From NCBI GenBank assembly GCA_964530335.1, contig CAZGYG010000005.1, positions 2,255 to 66,254 of the forward strand: a stretch of 64,000 nt of DNA. Direction: 5' to 3'. Shown one piece after another: positions 38,071-48,105 of the stretch (positions are counted from its first letter, which is position 1; each line of letters starts with the position of its first letter). Position numbers and translations under genes: made by a program. The DNA is from an uncultured Rhodospirillaceae bacterium. GTDB taxonomy: Bacteria; Pseudomonadota; Alphaproteobacteria; SP197. The notes under the pieces were generated by a model. The model made no database searches. It was given only the letters and a program-made list of their open reading frames with translations, and was not told the DNA's origin.

Positions 38071-40305
38071 ATGGCAGCCGATAGCCCGACGACACCCAGC
38101 GCAACCCTGGCGCAGCGCGAGCCCGACGCGGCCGAACGCCGGTTCGACGGTCCCGTTCGCGTGCCCGCCCCGAGGGGCGAACCGGGGCCGCCCTTGGACC
38201 CGGGCGCCCGTGAGCGGTTCATCAACCGCGAGCTGTCGTGGCTCAAGTTCAACGAGCGGGTGCTCGAGGAAGCGCACAATCCGGCCCATCCCCTGTTCGA
38301 GCGGGTGCGCTTCCTGTCGATTTCGGCCGCCAATCTCGACGAGTTCTTCATGGTGCGCGTGGCCGGGCTGATCAACCAGATGCGCGCCGGCGTGGCCGTG
38401 GGCCATCTCGACGGCCTGACCCCAGCCCAGCAGCTTGCCGCCATCCGCGTCCAGGCGCGCGCGCTCATGGCCAAGCAGCAGGCGTGCTGGACCGCGCTGG
38501 CGCCCGAGCTGCGCGACCAGGGCATCGCGGTGGTCGGGCCCGTGGAGCTGACGCCCGACGACCTTGCCTGGCTGGAAACCTACTTCAGCGACGAGGTCGA
38601 GCCGGTGCTGACCCCGCTGGCGATCGACCCGGCGCACCCGTTTCCGTTCATCCCCAACTTCGGCTTCTCGCTGGTGCTCCAGCTCCAGCGCACGAGCGAC
38701 GGCGCGGCCCAACGCGCGCTGGTGCCCCTGCCCTCGCGGCTCGGCCGGTTCGTCCGCCTGCCGGGCGAGGGCGCGCGCTACGTGCCGATCGAGCTGCTCG
38801 TGCACCTCAATCTGGGCCGCCTGTTTCCCGGCCTGCGGGTCATGGCGCGCGGCGAATTCCGCATCGTGCGCGACAGCGAGATCGAGATCGAGGAAGAGGC
38901 CGAGGATCTGGTCCGCACGTTCGAGAGCGCGCTGAAGCGGCGGCGGCGCGGCAACGTGATCCGGCTCAAGGTCTCGGTCGGCATGCCCGAGCAACTGCTG
39001 GACTTCGTGGTCGAGGCGCTCGGCGTCGGCGCCGACGACATCTATCCGGCCGAGGGCATGCTGGGGCTCGCGGACATCGCCCAGCTCATCGACAGCGACC
39101 GCACCGGGCTGCTGTTCGAGCCGTACAACCCGCGGTTTCCCGAGCGCATCCGCGACTTCGGCGGCGACTGTTTCGCCGCCATCCGGCGCAAGGACCTGGT
39201 GGTCCACCACCCCTACGAGAGCTTTGACGTGGTGGTCCAGTTCGTCCGCCAGGCGGCGGAGGACCCGGCGGTGGTCGCGATCAAGCAGACGCTCTATCGC
39301 ACCAGCAACGATTCGCCGATCGTGCGCGCCCTGATCGCCGCCGCCGAGGCCGGCAAGTCGGTGACCGCGCTCGTCGAGCTGAAGGCGCGCTTCGACGAGG
39401 AGGCGAACATCCGCTGGGCGCGTGACCTGGAGCGCGCGGGCGCCCAGGTGGTTTACGGCTTCGTCAACCTCAAGACCCACGCCAAGATCTCGCTCGTGGT
39501 CCGGCGCGAGTCCGGGAAGCTGGTGTCGTACGTGCACTTCGGCACCGGCAATTACCATCCGATCACGGCACGCATTTACACCGACCTGTCGTTCTTCACC
39601 TGCGACGCGGCGCTGTGCCGCGACGCCAACCGCGTCTTCAATTACCTGACCGGTTACGCCAAGCCCGAGCGGTTCGAGAAGCTGGCCATGGCGCCGATCG
39701 GTATGCGCGACACGGTGATCCGTATGGTCGACGACGAGATCGAGCACGCCAAGGCCGGACGCCCCGCGGCGATCTGGGCCAAGCTCAACTCCCTGACCGA
39801 CCGCAAGACGATCGACGCGCTCTACCGGGCGTCCCAGGCGGGCGTGCTGGTCGACCTGATCGTGCGCGGCATCTGCTGCCTGAGGCCCGCCGTGCCGGGA
39901 CTGTCCGAGACCATCCGGGTCAAGAGCATCGTCGGGCGCTTTCTCGAACATTCGCGGATCGTCTGCGCCGGCAACGGCCACGGCCTGCCATCGGCGCAGG
40001 CCAAGGTCTACATCTCGTCGGCCGATTGGATGTCGCGCACCTTCGACTGGCGGGTCGAAACCATGGTTCCGGTCGAGAACCCGACCGTCCACGAGCAGGT
40101 GCTCGACCAGATCATGGTGGCGAACATCAAGGACGTGGCCCAGACGTGGCTGCTCGGCCCCGACGGCGCGTACCAGCGCCTCGCCGCCGATCGGGGCGCG
40201 TTCAGTTGTCATAAGTTCTTCATGACCAACCCCAGCCTGTCCGGGCGGGGCCGCGCGCTGCGCCGCCTGAGGTCCGCCGGACTCGGCAGGGCCGCGGCCG
40301 AGTAG
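38071..40305 (+). CDS. ppk1: Polyphosphate kinase 1
   Basis: [68 protein letters not shown]. Confidence 0.97.
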   Translation: MAADSPTTPSATLAQREPDAAERRFDGPVRVPAPRGEPGPPLDPGARERFINRELSWLKFNERVLEEAHNPAHPLFERVRFLSISAANLDEFFMVRVAGLINQMRAGVAVGHLDGLTPAQQLAAIRVQARALMAKQQACWTALAPELRDQGIAVVGPVELTPDDLAWLETYFSDEVEPVLTPLAIDPAHPFPFIPNFGFSLVLQLQRTSDGAAQRALVPLPSRLGRFVRLPGEGARYVPIELLVHLNLGRLFPGLRVMARGEFRIVRDSEIEIEEEAEDLVRTFESALKRRRRGNVIRLKVSVGMPEQLLDFVVEALGVGADDIYPAEGMLGLADIAQLIDSDRTGLLFEPYNPRFPERIRDFGGDCFAAIRRKDLVVHHPYESFDVVVQFVRQAAEDPAVVAIKQTLYRTSNDSPIVRALIAAAEAGKSVTALVELKARFDEEANIRWARDLERAGAQVVYGFVNLKTHAKISLVVRRESGKLVSYVHFGTGNYHPITARIYTDLSFFTCDAALCRDANRVFNYLTGYAKPERFEKLAMAPIGMRDTVIRMVDDEIEHAKAGRPAAIWAKLNSLTDRKTIDALYRASQAGVLVDLIVRGICCLRPAVPGLSETIRVKSIVGRFLEHSRIVCAGNGHGLPSAQAKVYISSADWMSRTFDWRVETMVPVENPTVHEQVLDQIMVANIKDVAQTWLLGPDGAYQRLAADRGAFSCHKFFMTNPSLSGRGRALRRLRSAGLGRAAAE

Positions 40306-40310
40306 AGGGC

Positions 40311-41831
40311 TTGCCGCCCCGCCGCCGCCCCGGCGCGAGCGAACGGCCGCTCGCGGTGGTCGATGTCGGGTCGAACTCGGTCCGCCTGGTGGTGTTCCGG
40401 GGCGCGCGGCGGTCCGCCGCCGTGCTCTACAACGAGAAGGTGACGTGCGAGCTGGGGCGCGGCCTGCACCGCGACGGCCGGCTCGCGCCCGAGAATGTCG
40501 ATCGGGCGCTCGATGCGATCGCGCGGTTCGTCGCGTTGGCGCGTTCGTTCGGCTCGGACATCCGGGTGTTCGGCACCGCCGCCGTGCGCGACGCCGCCAA
40601 CGGCGCCGAATTCGCCGCCGCGCTCGGCCGCCGCGTGAACCTGCCCGTGACCGTGCTGAGCGGGGCGGAGGAGGCACGGCTCTCCGCGCTCGGCGTCGTC
40701 TCCGGCATCCCGGACGCCAGCGGCCTGGTCGGCGATCTCGGCGGCGGCAGCCTGGAACTGGTCGCGGTCGCCGGCGGCCGGATCGGGCGCCATGCCACGT
40801 TCCCGATCGGCCCGCTGCGCCTGGTCGACGTGCACGAGAGCGCCGTCGCGGCGTCGGCGCGCGCCGCCGTCAACGCGCACCTCGCCGGGCAACCATGGCT
40901 CGGCGACGTCGGCGGCGACTTCTACGCCGTCGGCGGCGCGTGGCGCGCGCTCGCCCGGTTGCACATGGCGCAGATCGATTACCCGCTGCGCGTGCTCCAC
41001 CACTACCGCCTCGCGGCCGACGACGCGGACGAGTTGTGCGGGCTGGTCGCGCGCATGGGCCGCCAGAGCCTGCGCCGGGTCGCGGCGGTGTCGCGCAACC
41101 GCCTCGACGCGCTGCCTTGGGCGGCGCTGGTCCTGCAACGGATCATTCGGACCGCCGCGCCCACGTCGATCGTGTTTTCGGCGAACGGACTGCGCGAAGG
41201 CGTGCTGTTCGAATGCCTCGGCGCGGCCGAGCGGCGGCGCGATCCGCTGATCGCGGCGTGCACCGACGCCGCGCGCGGGCGCGACCGCTTCGGCGGCCAC
41301 GCCCAGGCCCTTTACCGGTTCAGCGCCGGCGCGGTCCCCGATGACGACGCGCGCACCGACCGGCTGCGCCGGGCCGCCGCGCTGCTGAGCGACTTGGCAT
41401 GGCGCGAGCACCCGGAGCATCGCGCCGAGTTCGCGATCGAGACGGCGCTCTATCTGCCCGACGGCTGCCTCAGCCACGACGAGCGGGCCTGGCTCGCGCT
41501 GGCGCTCCACGCCCGCTACGGCGGCGCCGAGGACGCGCCGGGCGCGGCCGTGCCGCGTCGCCTGCTGGCGGTGGAGAGCGCGCGAAAGGCGCGCGCGACC
41601 GGGCTCGGCTTTCGGCTGGGCTACGCGCTCGGCGGCGCGGTGCCGGCGACGCTCCGCCACGCGGAACTGGCGCGCCAGGGCAATCGGCTCGAGCTCCGCG
41701 CCGGGCCGCGGCTCACGCCGCTGCTGGGCGATTTGATCGACCGCCGGCTGCGCATCCTGGCCGAGGCGCTCGGGCTCACGCCCGTCGTGGTGCCGGCGAA
41801 GGCGCGCCCTCTCGCGGCAGCCACGCGCTAA
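40311..41831 (+). CDS. ppx: Exopolyphosphatase Ppx/GppA family
   Basis: DVGSNSVRLVV, TAAVRDA, EEARL, DLGGGSLE, GLREG; follows ppk1. Confidence 0.93.
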   Translation: MPPRRRPGASERPLAVVDVGSNSVRLVVFRGARRSAAVLYNEKVTCELGRGLHRDGRLAPENVDRALDAIARFVALARSFGSDIRVFGTAAVRDAANGAEFAAALGRRVNLPVTVLSGAEEARLSALGVVSGIPDASGLVGDLGGGSLELVAVAGGRIGRHATFPIGPLRLVDVHESAVAASARAAVNAHLAGQPWLGDVGGDFYAVGGAWRALARLHMAQIDYPLRVLHHYRLAADDADELCGLVARMGRQSLRRVAAVSRNRLDALPWAALVLQRIIRTAAPTSIVFSANGLREGVLFECLGAAERRRDPLIAACTDAARGRDRFGGHAQALYRFSAGAVPDDDARTDRLRRAAALLSDLAWREHPEHRAEFAIETALYLPDGCLSHDERAWLALALHARYGGAEDAPGAAVPRRLLAVESARKARATGLGFRLGYALGGAVPATLRHAELARQGNRLELRAGPRLTPLLGDLIDRRLRILAEALGLTPVVVPAKARPLAAATR

Positions 41832-41851
41832 CGCCGACGCTGCTCGCCGGA

Positions 41852-43252
41852 TCAGCCCTTCCAGACGCCGTCGCGCACCAACTCGTCCTGGGTCTCGACG
41901 ATGGCCTGATGCATGATATCGAACATGCGGTCGATCTGCGCCGGCTGGATCACCAGCGGCGGCGAGAACACGCACAGGTGACCCATGGGTCGCAGGATAA
42001 GCCCCTTGTCCTGGCACCTGCGGTCGACCTTCGCCCCGACCCCCGCTTCCCACGGGAACGGTTCCTTGGTGGCGCGGTCCTTGACCATCTCGACGCAGCC
42101 CATGAGCCCGATGCCGCGGGCGTCGCCGACCAGCGGCAGTTGGCCAAGGGCGCGCAGACGCGCCTGGAAGTGGGGCGCGATCGCGCGCACGTGGCCGCAG
42201 ATGTCCTCGCGTTCCATGAGCTCGATGGTCTTGAGCGCCGCGGCGCACGCCACCGGGTGACCGGAATACGTGAAGCCGTTGCTGAACACCGCGGTCTCGG
42301 CCTTGGCGTCGAGGATGTCCTGGTAGAGCCGCTCCGAGGCGATGAAGGCGCCGAGCGGGATGTAGCCCGAGGTCAGCCCCTTGGCGCAGATGATGATGTC
42401 CGGCACCATGTCGAACACCGGCTCGGACGCGAAGAAGTGACCCAGCCGGCCGAAACCCGTGACCACCTCGTCGGAGATGTAGAGCACGCCGTGGCGCCGG
42501 CACACCTCGATCGTCTTGGCGTGATAGCCCTTGGGCGGCACGATGACGCCGCCCGAGGCCAGGATCGGCTCGGCGATGAAGCAGGCCACGTTGTCCGCGC
42601 CGAGCTCGAGGATCTTGTCCTCCAGCTCCTTGACGCACAGGTCGCGGAACGCCTCTTCGCTCATGCCCTCGGGCCCGCGGTACGGGTTGGGCGAGCGCAG
42701 GTGGTGGATGCGGTCCGTCGCCAGGTCCATGTACGTCTTGTCGCGCGGCTTGCCGCTGAGGGACGCCGCCAGGTAGGTCGAGCCGTGGAAGGCGTTCTCG
42801 CGCGTCAGGATCGCCTTCTTGGTCGGACGTCCGGTGACGTTGAAGTAGAACCAGACGAAGCGGATGGCGGAATCGACGGCGGTCGAGCCGCCGGTCGAGA
42901 AGAACGCGCGGTCGAGGTCGCCCGGCGCGAGCTCGGCGAGCTTGGCGCCGAGCTCGGCGTGCGGCGGGGTCGAGAGCTTGCCGAACGGCGAGTAGTAGGT
43001 CATCTGCCGGACCTGCTCGGCGATCGCCTGGGCCATGGCCTCGTTGCCGTAGCCGAGCTGGACGCACCACATGCCGCCCGGCCCGTCGAGGAACCTGTTG
43101 CCGTCGGTGTCGTAGACGTAGACGCCCTCGGAATCGGCGAGCAGGAGCGTGTCCTGCTTGTCGGCCGACTTGAGGAAGCCCCAGGGGTGGATGACGTGTT
43201 CGGTATCCGCCGCCTGGAGGCGCTTGGTGTCGAATGGCTTGTTGGTACGCAC
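41852..43252 (-). CDS. Aminotransferase class III (omega-amino acid/polyamine:pyruvate type)
   Basis: LDGPGGMWC, FHGSTY, AEPILASGG, DEVVTGFGR, AKGLTSGY, FTYSGHP; GTG start after AGGTG. Confidence 0.9.
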   Translation of the reverse strand: MRTNKPFDTKRLQAADTEHVIHPWGFLKSADKQDTLLLADSEGVYVYDTDGNRFLDGPGGMWCVQLGYGNEAMAQAIAEQVRQMTYYSPFGKLSTPPHAELGAKLAELAPGDLDRAFFSTGGSTAVDSAIRFVWFYFNVTGRPTKKAILTRENAFHGSTYLAASLSGKPRDKTYMDLATDRIHHLRSPNPYRGPEGMSEEAFRDLCVKELEDKILELGADNVACFIAEPILASGGVIVPPKGYHAKTIEVCRRHGVLYISDEVVTGFGRLGHFFASEPVFDMVPDIIICAKGLTSGYIPLGAFIASERLYQDILDAKAETAVFSNGFTYSGHPVACAAALKTIELMEREDICGHVRAIAPHFQARLRALGQLPLVGDARGIGLMGCVEMVKDRATKEPFPWEAGVGAKVDRRCQDKGLILRPMGHLCVFSPPLVIQPAQIDRMFDIMHQAIVETQDELVRDGVWKG

Positions 43253-43427
43253 GGTGTCACCTATGGATTTGAAGTGATGGATTTTCCGGGTAATGAAGTG
43301 TCCCGTGAGCCCGGGATCGACCCCAGGCCCGATGTCCAAGGTAAGCCGCGAGGCGCGCGCTGGCAAGTAGTTCACTTGACGAGCGTTCAGCGAATGAACG
43401 ATGAGCGATCGAACGTGGGAGACACAA

Positions 43428-43727
43428 GTGGCTGATACAGAAAGAAAAACCGCTACTTCAACGATCCAGGTGGATAACGCCTCGATGCGCGTTACCCGGT
43501 GGGACTTCGCCCCCGGCGCGGCCACCGGCTGGCACCGCCACGCCCACGACTACGTGGTCGTGCCGCTCCTGGACGGCCGGCTTTCTCTGGTCGATAGCGA
43601 GGGCGAGCGCGAGGTCGCCATGACCGCGGGGGCGTCGTATTTCCGCCCCGCCGGCGTCGAGCACGACGTGATCAACGCCAGCGCCGACACGTACGCCTTC
43701 GTCGAGATCGAGCTCAAGTCCCGGTGA
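43428..43727 (+). CDS. Cupin, BauB-like
   Basis: QVDN..RVT.W.F.PG..TGWHRH..DYVVVP, G.SY.RPAGVEH.VIN, FVEIELK, as recalled for Pseudomonas BauB. Confidence 0.8.
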   Translation: MADTERKTATSTIQVDNASMRVTRWDFAPGAATGWHRHAHDYVVVPLLDGRLSLVDSEGEREVAMTAGASYFRPAGVEHDVINASADTYAFVEIELKSR

Positions 43728-43741
43728 GCCGCGACGGTCCC

Positions 43742-44755
43742 ATGGACATCCGCGACGATCTCTGCGCGCTCATCGGCGGTACGCCCCTGGTCCGGTTGCG
43801 CGGGGCGTCCCAGCGGACCGGCTGCACGATCCTGGGCAAGTGCGAGTTCATGAACCCCGGCCAGTCAGTCAAGGACCGCGCGGCCCTGTTCATCGTGCGC
43901 GATGCCGAGCAGAGCGGGCTGCTCAAGCCCGGCGGCGTCATCGTCGAGGGCACCGCCGGCAACACCGGAATCGGGTTGTGCGTCGTCGGGCTGGCGTGCG
44001 GCTACCGCTCGGTCATCGTCATGCCCGAGAACCAGAGCCAGGAGAAGATGGACGCGCTCCGGCTGCTCGGCGCCGATCTGCGCCTGGCCAAGGCGGTGCC
44101 GTACAAGGACCCCGGCAACTACCAACACGTCTCGCGCCGGATCGCCGAGGAGCTCGCGGCCAGCGAGCCCAACGGCGCGATCTGGGCCAACCAGTTCGAC
44201 AACCTGGCCAACCGTCGCGCCCACCAGGAAACCACGGGCCCCGAGATCTGGGCCCAGACCGACGGCAAGGTCGATGCCTTCGTCTCGGCCATCGGCACCG
44301 GGGGCACGATCTCGGGGGTCGGCCTGGCGCTCAAGGCGCGCAACCCCAAGGTACGCATCGTGCTCGCGGATCCCACCGGGTCGGGCATGTACGACTGGGT
44401 GGTCAACGGCACGCCGAAGGCCGAAGGCACCTCGATCACCGAGGGCATCGGCCAGGGCCGCGTCACCAGGAACTGCGACGGCGCGCCGATCGACCTTGCT
44501 TTTCGCGTCACCGACGCCGAGGCGCTCGAGGTGCTGTTCGATCTGGCCAGCGAGGAAGGGCTCGTGCTCGGCGGCTCGACCGGCATCAACGTCGCCGGGG
44601 CGATCAAGGCGGCGCGGGAGCTCGGCCCCGGCCACACGATCGTGACGCTGCTGTGCGACCTCGGCGCGCGCTACATGAGCAAGGTCTACAATCCGGCGTT
44701 CCTGCGCGAACGCGGGCTGCCCGTGCCGCGCTGGCTCGAAGGGGGTACGCCATGA
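43742..44755 (+). CDS. cysK: Cysteine synthase A
   Basis: KCEFMNPGQSVKDR, EGTAGNTG, NQFDN, GTGGT, ITEGIG. Confidence 0.93.
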   Translation: MDIRDDLCALIGGTPLVRLRGASQRTGCTILGKCEFMNPGQSVKDRAALFIVRDAEQSGLLKPGGVIVEGTAGNTGIGLCVVGLACGYRSVIVMPENQSQEKMDALRLLGADLRLAKAVPYKDPGNYQHVSRRIAEELAASEPNGAIWANQFDNLANRRAHQETTGPEIWAQTDGKVDAFVSAIGTGGTISGVGLALKARNPKVRIVLADPTGSGMYDWVVNGTPKAEGTSITEGIGQGRVTRNCDGAPIDLAFRVTDAEALEVLFDLASEEGLVLGGSTGINVAGAIKAARELGPGHTIVTLLCDLGARYMSKVYNPAFLRERGLPVPRWLEGGTP

Positions 44756-45471
44756 CCGACCTGACGTTCCGCGCCGACGCCTACGCGCGGACCGTGGCGG
44801 CCACGGTCGTGGCGGGGACCGACGCCGGCATCGTGCTCGATCGCACGGTGTTCTACCCGACCGGCGGCGGCCAACCCGGCGATACCGGCGTCCTCAAGCT
44901 GGCCGACGGCACAACCATTCGCATCGTCGACGCGGTCAAGGGCGACGGCGACATCGTGCGCCACGTGCCGGCGCCCGGCACGGTCGTCCCCGCCCCCGGC
45001 ACCGCCGTCGAGGCCATCATCGACTGGGACCGCCGCCACCGCCTGATGCGCATGCATTCGTGCCTGCACCTGCTGTGCTCGCTGATCGCCGCGCCGGTGA
45101 CCGGCGGCCAGGTCGGCGAGGACCGCGGCCGGCTCGATTTCGACCTGCCGGAGGCGAACCTCGACAAGGACGACCTGACCCGGCGCCTCCAGGCGCTGGT
45201 CGCCGCCGATCGACCGCTCAGCGAGCGCTGGATCAGCGACGCCGAGCTGGCCGCCCAGCCGGAGCTCGTACGCACCATGTCGGTCAAGCCACCCACCGGC
45301 GCCGGCCGGGTGCGGCTGATGGAGATCGCGGGCGTCGACCTGCAACCGTGCGGCGGCACCCACGTGCGCTCGACCGGCGAGATAGGCGCGGTCGAGGTCG
45401 TCAAGATCGAGAAGAAGGGCAAGCACAATAGGCGGGTCATCGTGGCGTTCGGCGCGGGCACGGCCGCATGA
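44752..45471 (+). CDS. AlaX-type freestanding tRNA editing protein
   Basis: FYPTGGGQPGD, HSCLH (HxxxH), CGGTH; ATGA overlaps on both sides. Confidence 0.92.
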   Translation: MTDLTFRADAYARTVAATVVAGTDAGIVLDRTVFYPTGGGQPGDTGVLKLADGTTIRIVDAVKGDGDIVRHVPAPGTVVPAPGTAVEAIIDWDRRHRLMRMHSCLHLLCSLIAAPVTGGQVGEDRGRLDFDLPEANLDKDDLTRRLQALVAADRPLSERWISDAELAAQPELVRTMSVKPPTGAGRVRLMEIAGVDLQPCGGTHVRSTGEIGAVEVVKIEKKGKHNRRVIVAFGAGTAA

Positions 45472-46319
45472 CCGACCCCGGCTTCGGCACGCTGGTCACG
45501 ACGGAGTGGCTCGCGGCGCGCCTCGGGGAGCCGGACCTCTGCGTGGTCGATGCCTCGTGGTACCTGCCGACCGAGCGGCGCGACGCCAAGGCCGAGTACC
45601 GCGCGGCGCACATCCCCGGCGCCGTCTTCTTCGACATCGACGAGATCGCCGATGCGGATTCGCCCTACCCGCACATGCTGCCGAGCCCGGTGAAGTTCTC
45701 GGCGCGCGCGCGCAAGCTCGGGCTCGGCGACGGCAACCGGATCGTTGCCTACGACGGCGGCAACGCGATGGCCGCCTGCCGCGTGTGGTGGATGTTCCGC
45801 GCCTTCGGCCACGGCGAGGTGGCCGTGCTCGACGGCGGCTTCGCCAAATGGCGCGTCGAGGGCCGGGCGGTCGAGGACGTGCCGCCGCGGCCGCGCGAGC
45901 GGCACTTCACCGCCCGGGTCAACAACCTGATCGTGCGCACCCTGGACCAGGTGCGCGCTGATCTTGCCGGCGGCCGCGTGCAGGTGGTCGATGCGCGATC
46001 CGCCGGCCGCTTCGCGGGCACGGCGCCGGAACCCCGGCCGGGCCTGCGTTCCGGCCACATGCCGGGCGCGCGCAACCTGCCCTACGACCGCGTGCTCGAT
46101 CCCGCGACCCGGACGTTCCTGGCCGCGCCGGAGCTCCGCCGGCGCTTCGCCGATGCGGGCGTCGCCCTCGACCGGGGGGCGGTGACGACCTGTGGTTCGG
46201 GGGTCAGCGCCTGCGTCCTGGCCCTGGCGCTCGACCTGCTCGGTCACCGCGACGTCGCCGTCTACGACGGCTCGTGGGCCGAATGGGGCAGCCGTGACGA
46301 CACGCCCGTGGTCACCTGA
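45468..46319 (+). CDS. sseA: 3-mercaptopyruvate sulfurtransferase
   Basis: HIPGAVFFD, RVWWMFR, DARSAGRF, CGSGVSA active loop, YDGSWAEW. Confidence 0.93.
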   Translation: MTDPGFGTLVTTEWLAARLGEPDLCVVDASWYLPTERRDAKAEYRAAHIPGAVFFDIDEIADADSPYPHMLPSPVKFSARARKLGLGDGNRIVAYDGGNAMAACRVWWMFRAFGHGEVAVLDGGFAKWRVEGRAVEDVPPRPRERHFTARVNNLIVRTLDQVRADLAGGRVQVVDARSAGRFAGTAPEPRPGLRSGHMPGARNLPYDRVLDPATRTFLAAPELRRRFADAGVALDRGAVTTCGSGVSACVLALALDLLGHRDVAVYDGSWAEWGSRDDTPVVT

Positions 46320-46393
46320 GGCGCCGCTCGCGCCGCGCTGGCCCACGGCCGGATGCGCGGCTATGGTGCGCCGGTTGACCGATGGGATGGCTC

Positions 46394-47515
46394 ATGGCGC
46401 GGATACTGACCCTGGCCCTGCTCGTGCTCGCGGCGCTCGCGGCGCCGGCCGCCGCGGCCCGGCTGCCCGAGGCGATCGACGCGCGTATCGCCCTGGCCGC
46501 GCGCACGCCGAACCCCGCCGCGGTCAGCGCGGCGGTCATCGAGAGCATTTCCGAGCGACCCGACCTGGTCGAGTTGATCGTGCACCGCGCCGCCGGCGCG
46601 GCCCCGGCGTATTCCGCCCGCATCGCCGCCGAGGCGGCGCACGCCTTCCCGGCGTTCGCCCCGCGCATCGCGGCCGCCGCCAGCACCGCGACCCCCGAGC
46701 AGGCCGCCATCATCGTCCAGATGACGTCGGAGCCGCGCGTCGCCGCGTCCAAATCCGAGGTCATGTCCGCGGTCGAATCGACCCTGGCGCTCCAGGACCT
46801 GGAGCCCTCGGCGTGGAAGGCCCGGATCGCGCTGGGCGTCGCCGCGACGCCCGAATATCTCGGCGCCGAGACATACGAGCCGCGGTTCGCGCCGCTGGTC
46901 GACGTCGTCTGGCGCAAACGGATCTTCCTGCGCGCCGACGGCGACCTGAGCTCCCAGGTCACCGGCATCGGCCCGACCGGGCTCGGCTGGAACTTCGTGC
47001 GCACGCCCAACTGGGCGGTCGGCACGCGCGCGACGCTCGACAACGGCCGCGACAACGACCTGGACAGATTGCTCACCGGGACCCGCACCATCGACCCCGA
47101 CCTCGAGCTCGGCCTGTTCTTCGAGTACTACGGCGGCCCGTGGAATCTGGGCGGCGATGTGCGCCAGGGCGCCGGGATCGCGAGCAATTCCCACGGTGGC
47201 GCCCTGGCCGAGCTGCACCTGGGCTACGCCACGCGCCTGTCGCGCCGGGAGCGCTTCTACCTCGGGCTGTCCTCGACGCTTGCCGGGCCGGCGTATATGC
47301 GGACCTATTTCAATCGCGCCGGCTTCCGCGCCGACTGGGGCCTGCGCGACGTGACCGCCTACTTCACGGTCGAGCACGACCTGTCGCAGCGCATCTTCGC
47401 CCGCCTCGTCACCCGGGTGCAGCGGCTGCTGTTCGATGCCGCCAGGAGTCCGGTGTCCGATGCCAACTCTAACACCCAGTTCTATGCGGCGGCCCAGCTC
47501 GGCTACGCCTTCTGA
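46394..47515 (+). CDS. MipA/OmpV-family outer membrane protein with a helical N-terminal extension
   Basis: Signal peptide, PEYLGA..Y, YMRTYF, C-terminal LGYAF beta-signal. Confidence 0.7.
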   Translation: MARILTLALLVLAALAAPAAAARLPEAIDARIALAARTPNPAAVSAAVIESISERPDLVELIVHRAAGAAPAYSARIAAEAAHAFPAFAPRIAAAASTATPEQAAIIVQMTSEPRVAASKSEVMSAVESTLALQDLEPSAWKARIALGVAATPEYLGAETYEPRFAPLVDVVWRKRIFLRADGDLSSQVTGIGPTGLGWNFVRTPNWAVGTRATLDNGRDNDLDRLLTGTRTIDPDLELGLFFEYYGGPWNLGGDVRQGAGIASNSHGGALAELHLGYATRLSRRERFYLGLSSTLAGPAYMRTYFNRAGFRADWGLRDVTAYFTVEHDLSQRIFARLVTRVQRLLFDAARSPVSDANSNTQFYAAAQLGYAF

Positions 47516-47531
47516 GTCGGGGCGCGACGGC

Positions 47532-48089
47532 ATGGCGACGGCGACGGCGGACCTGCCGACGATCGAGATCGTCGTCACCTACATGGCCATGACGGCGCCG
47601 CCGGCCGGGCCCGCCCGCCCGGCGCCGCCCGCCAAGCTCGCGGTCCTGCGGGCCGAGGCGCCGACGGTCGCCTTCTATCGCTTTCTCTACAACGGGGTCG
47701 GCGAAGCCTGGCAATGGACCGACCGCCGCCTGGTGCCCGACGCGGAGCTCGACGCCGTGATCCGCGATCCCGGCGTCGAGATCTACGTGCTGTACGCCGG
47801 CGGCGTTCCCGCGGGCTACGCCGAGCTCGACTTCCGCGCCATGCCGGTGGCCGATCTCGCGTACTTCGGCCTGATGCCCGAATTCATCGGCCGCGGCCTT
47901 GGCGCCTGGTTCCTCGATTGGGCCGTGCGCGCGCTGTGGCTCAAGGGCCCCAGCGAGGTCACCGTGAACACCTGCGACCTGGACCATCCCCGGGCGCTGC
48001 AGGGCTACCAACTCGTCGGCTTCGCGCCGCGGCGGCGGGAAACGCACCGGCTGGTGCCCCTCGAGGCGGTCAAGGCGATCGGACTTTGA
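47532..48089 (+). CDS. GNAT-family acetyltransferase
   Basis: YFGLMPEFIGRGLG acetyl-CoA motif, TCDLDHPRAL..Y...GF. Confidence 0.88.
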   Translation: MATATADLPTIEIVVTYMAMTAPPAGPARPAPPAKLAVLRAEAPTVAFYRFLYNGVGEAWQWTDRRLVPDAELDAVIRDPGVEIYVLYAGGVPAGYAELDFRAMPVADLAYFGLMPEFIGRGLGAWFLDWAVRALWLKGPSEVTVNTCDLDHPRALQGYQLVGFAPRRRETHRLVPLEAVKAIGL

Positions 48090-48105
48090 GCCAAGGGAGG
48101 CGCGC

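Noticed and set aside
38002-43070. Very long minus-strand ORFs (891 aa and 953 aa)
   Set aside because: They are antisense or off-frame shadows of ppk1, ppx and the aminotransferase, with R/A/G/P-rich composition typical of high-GC stop-codon scarcity
43840-44751. N-terminal extension of AlaX (543-aa ORF), and similar extensions of aapP, ftsN, yajQ, VOC and fbpC
   Set aside because: These are open-frame run-ons overlapping neighbouring genes or intergenic repeats; internal starts with an RBS or ATGA overlap explain each gene
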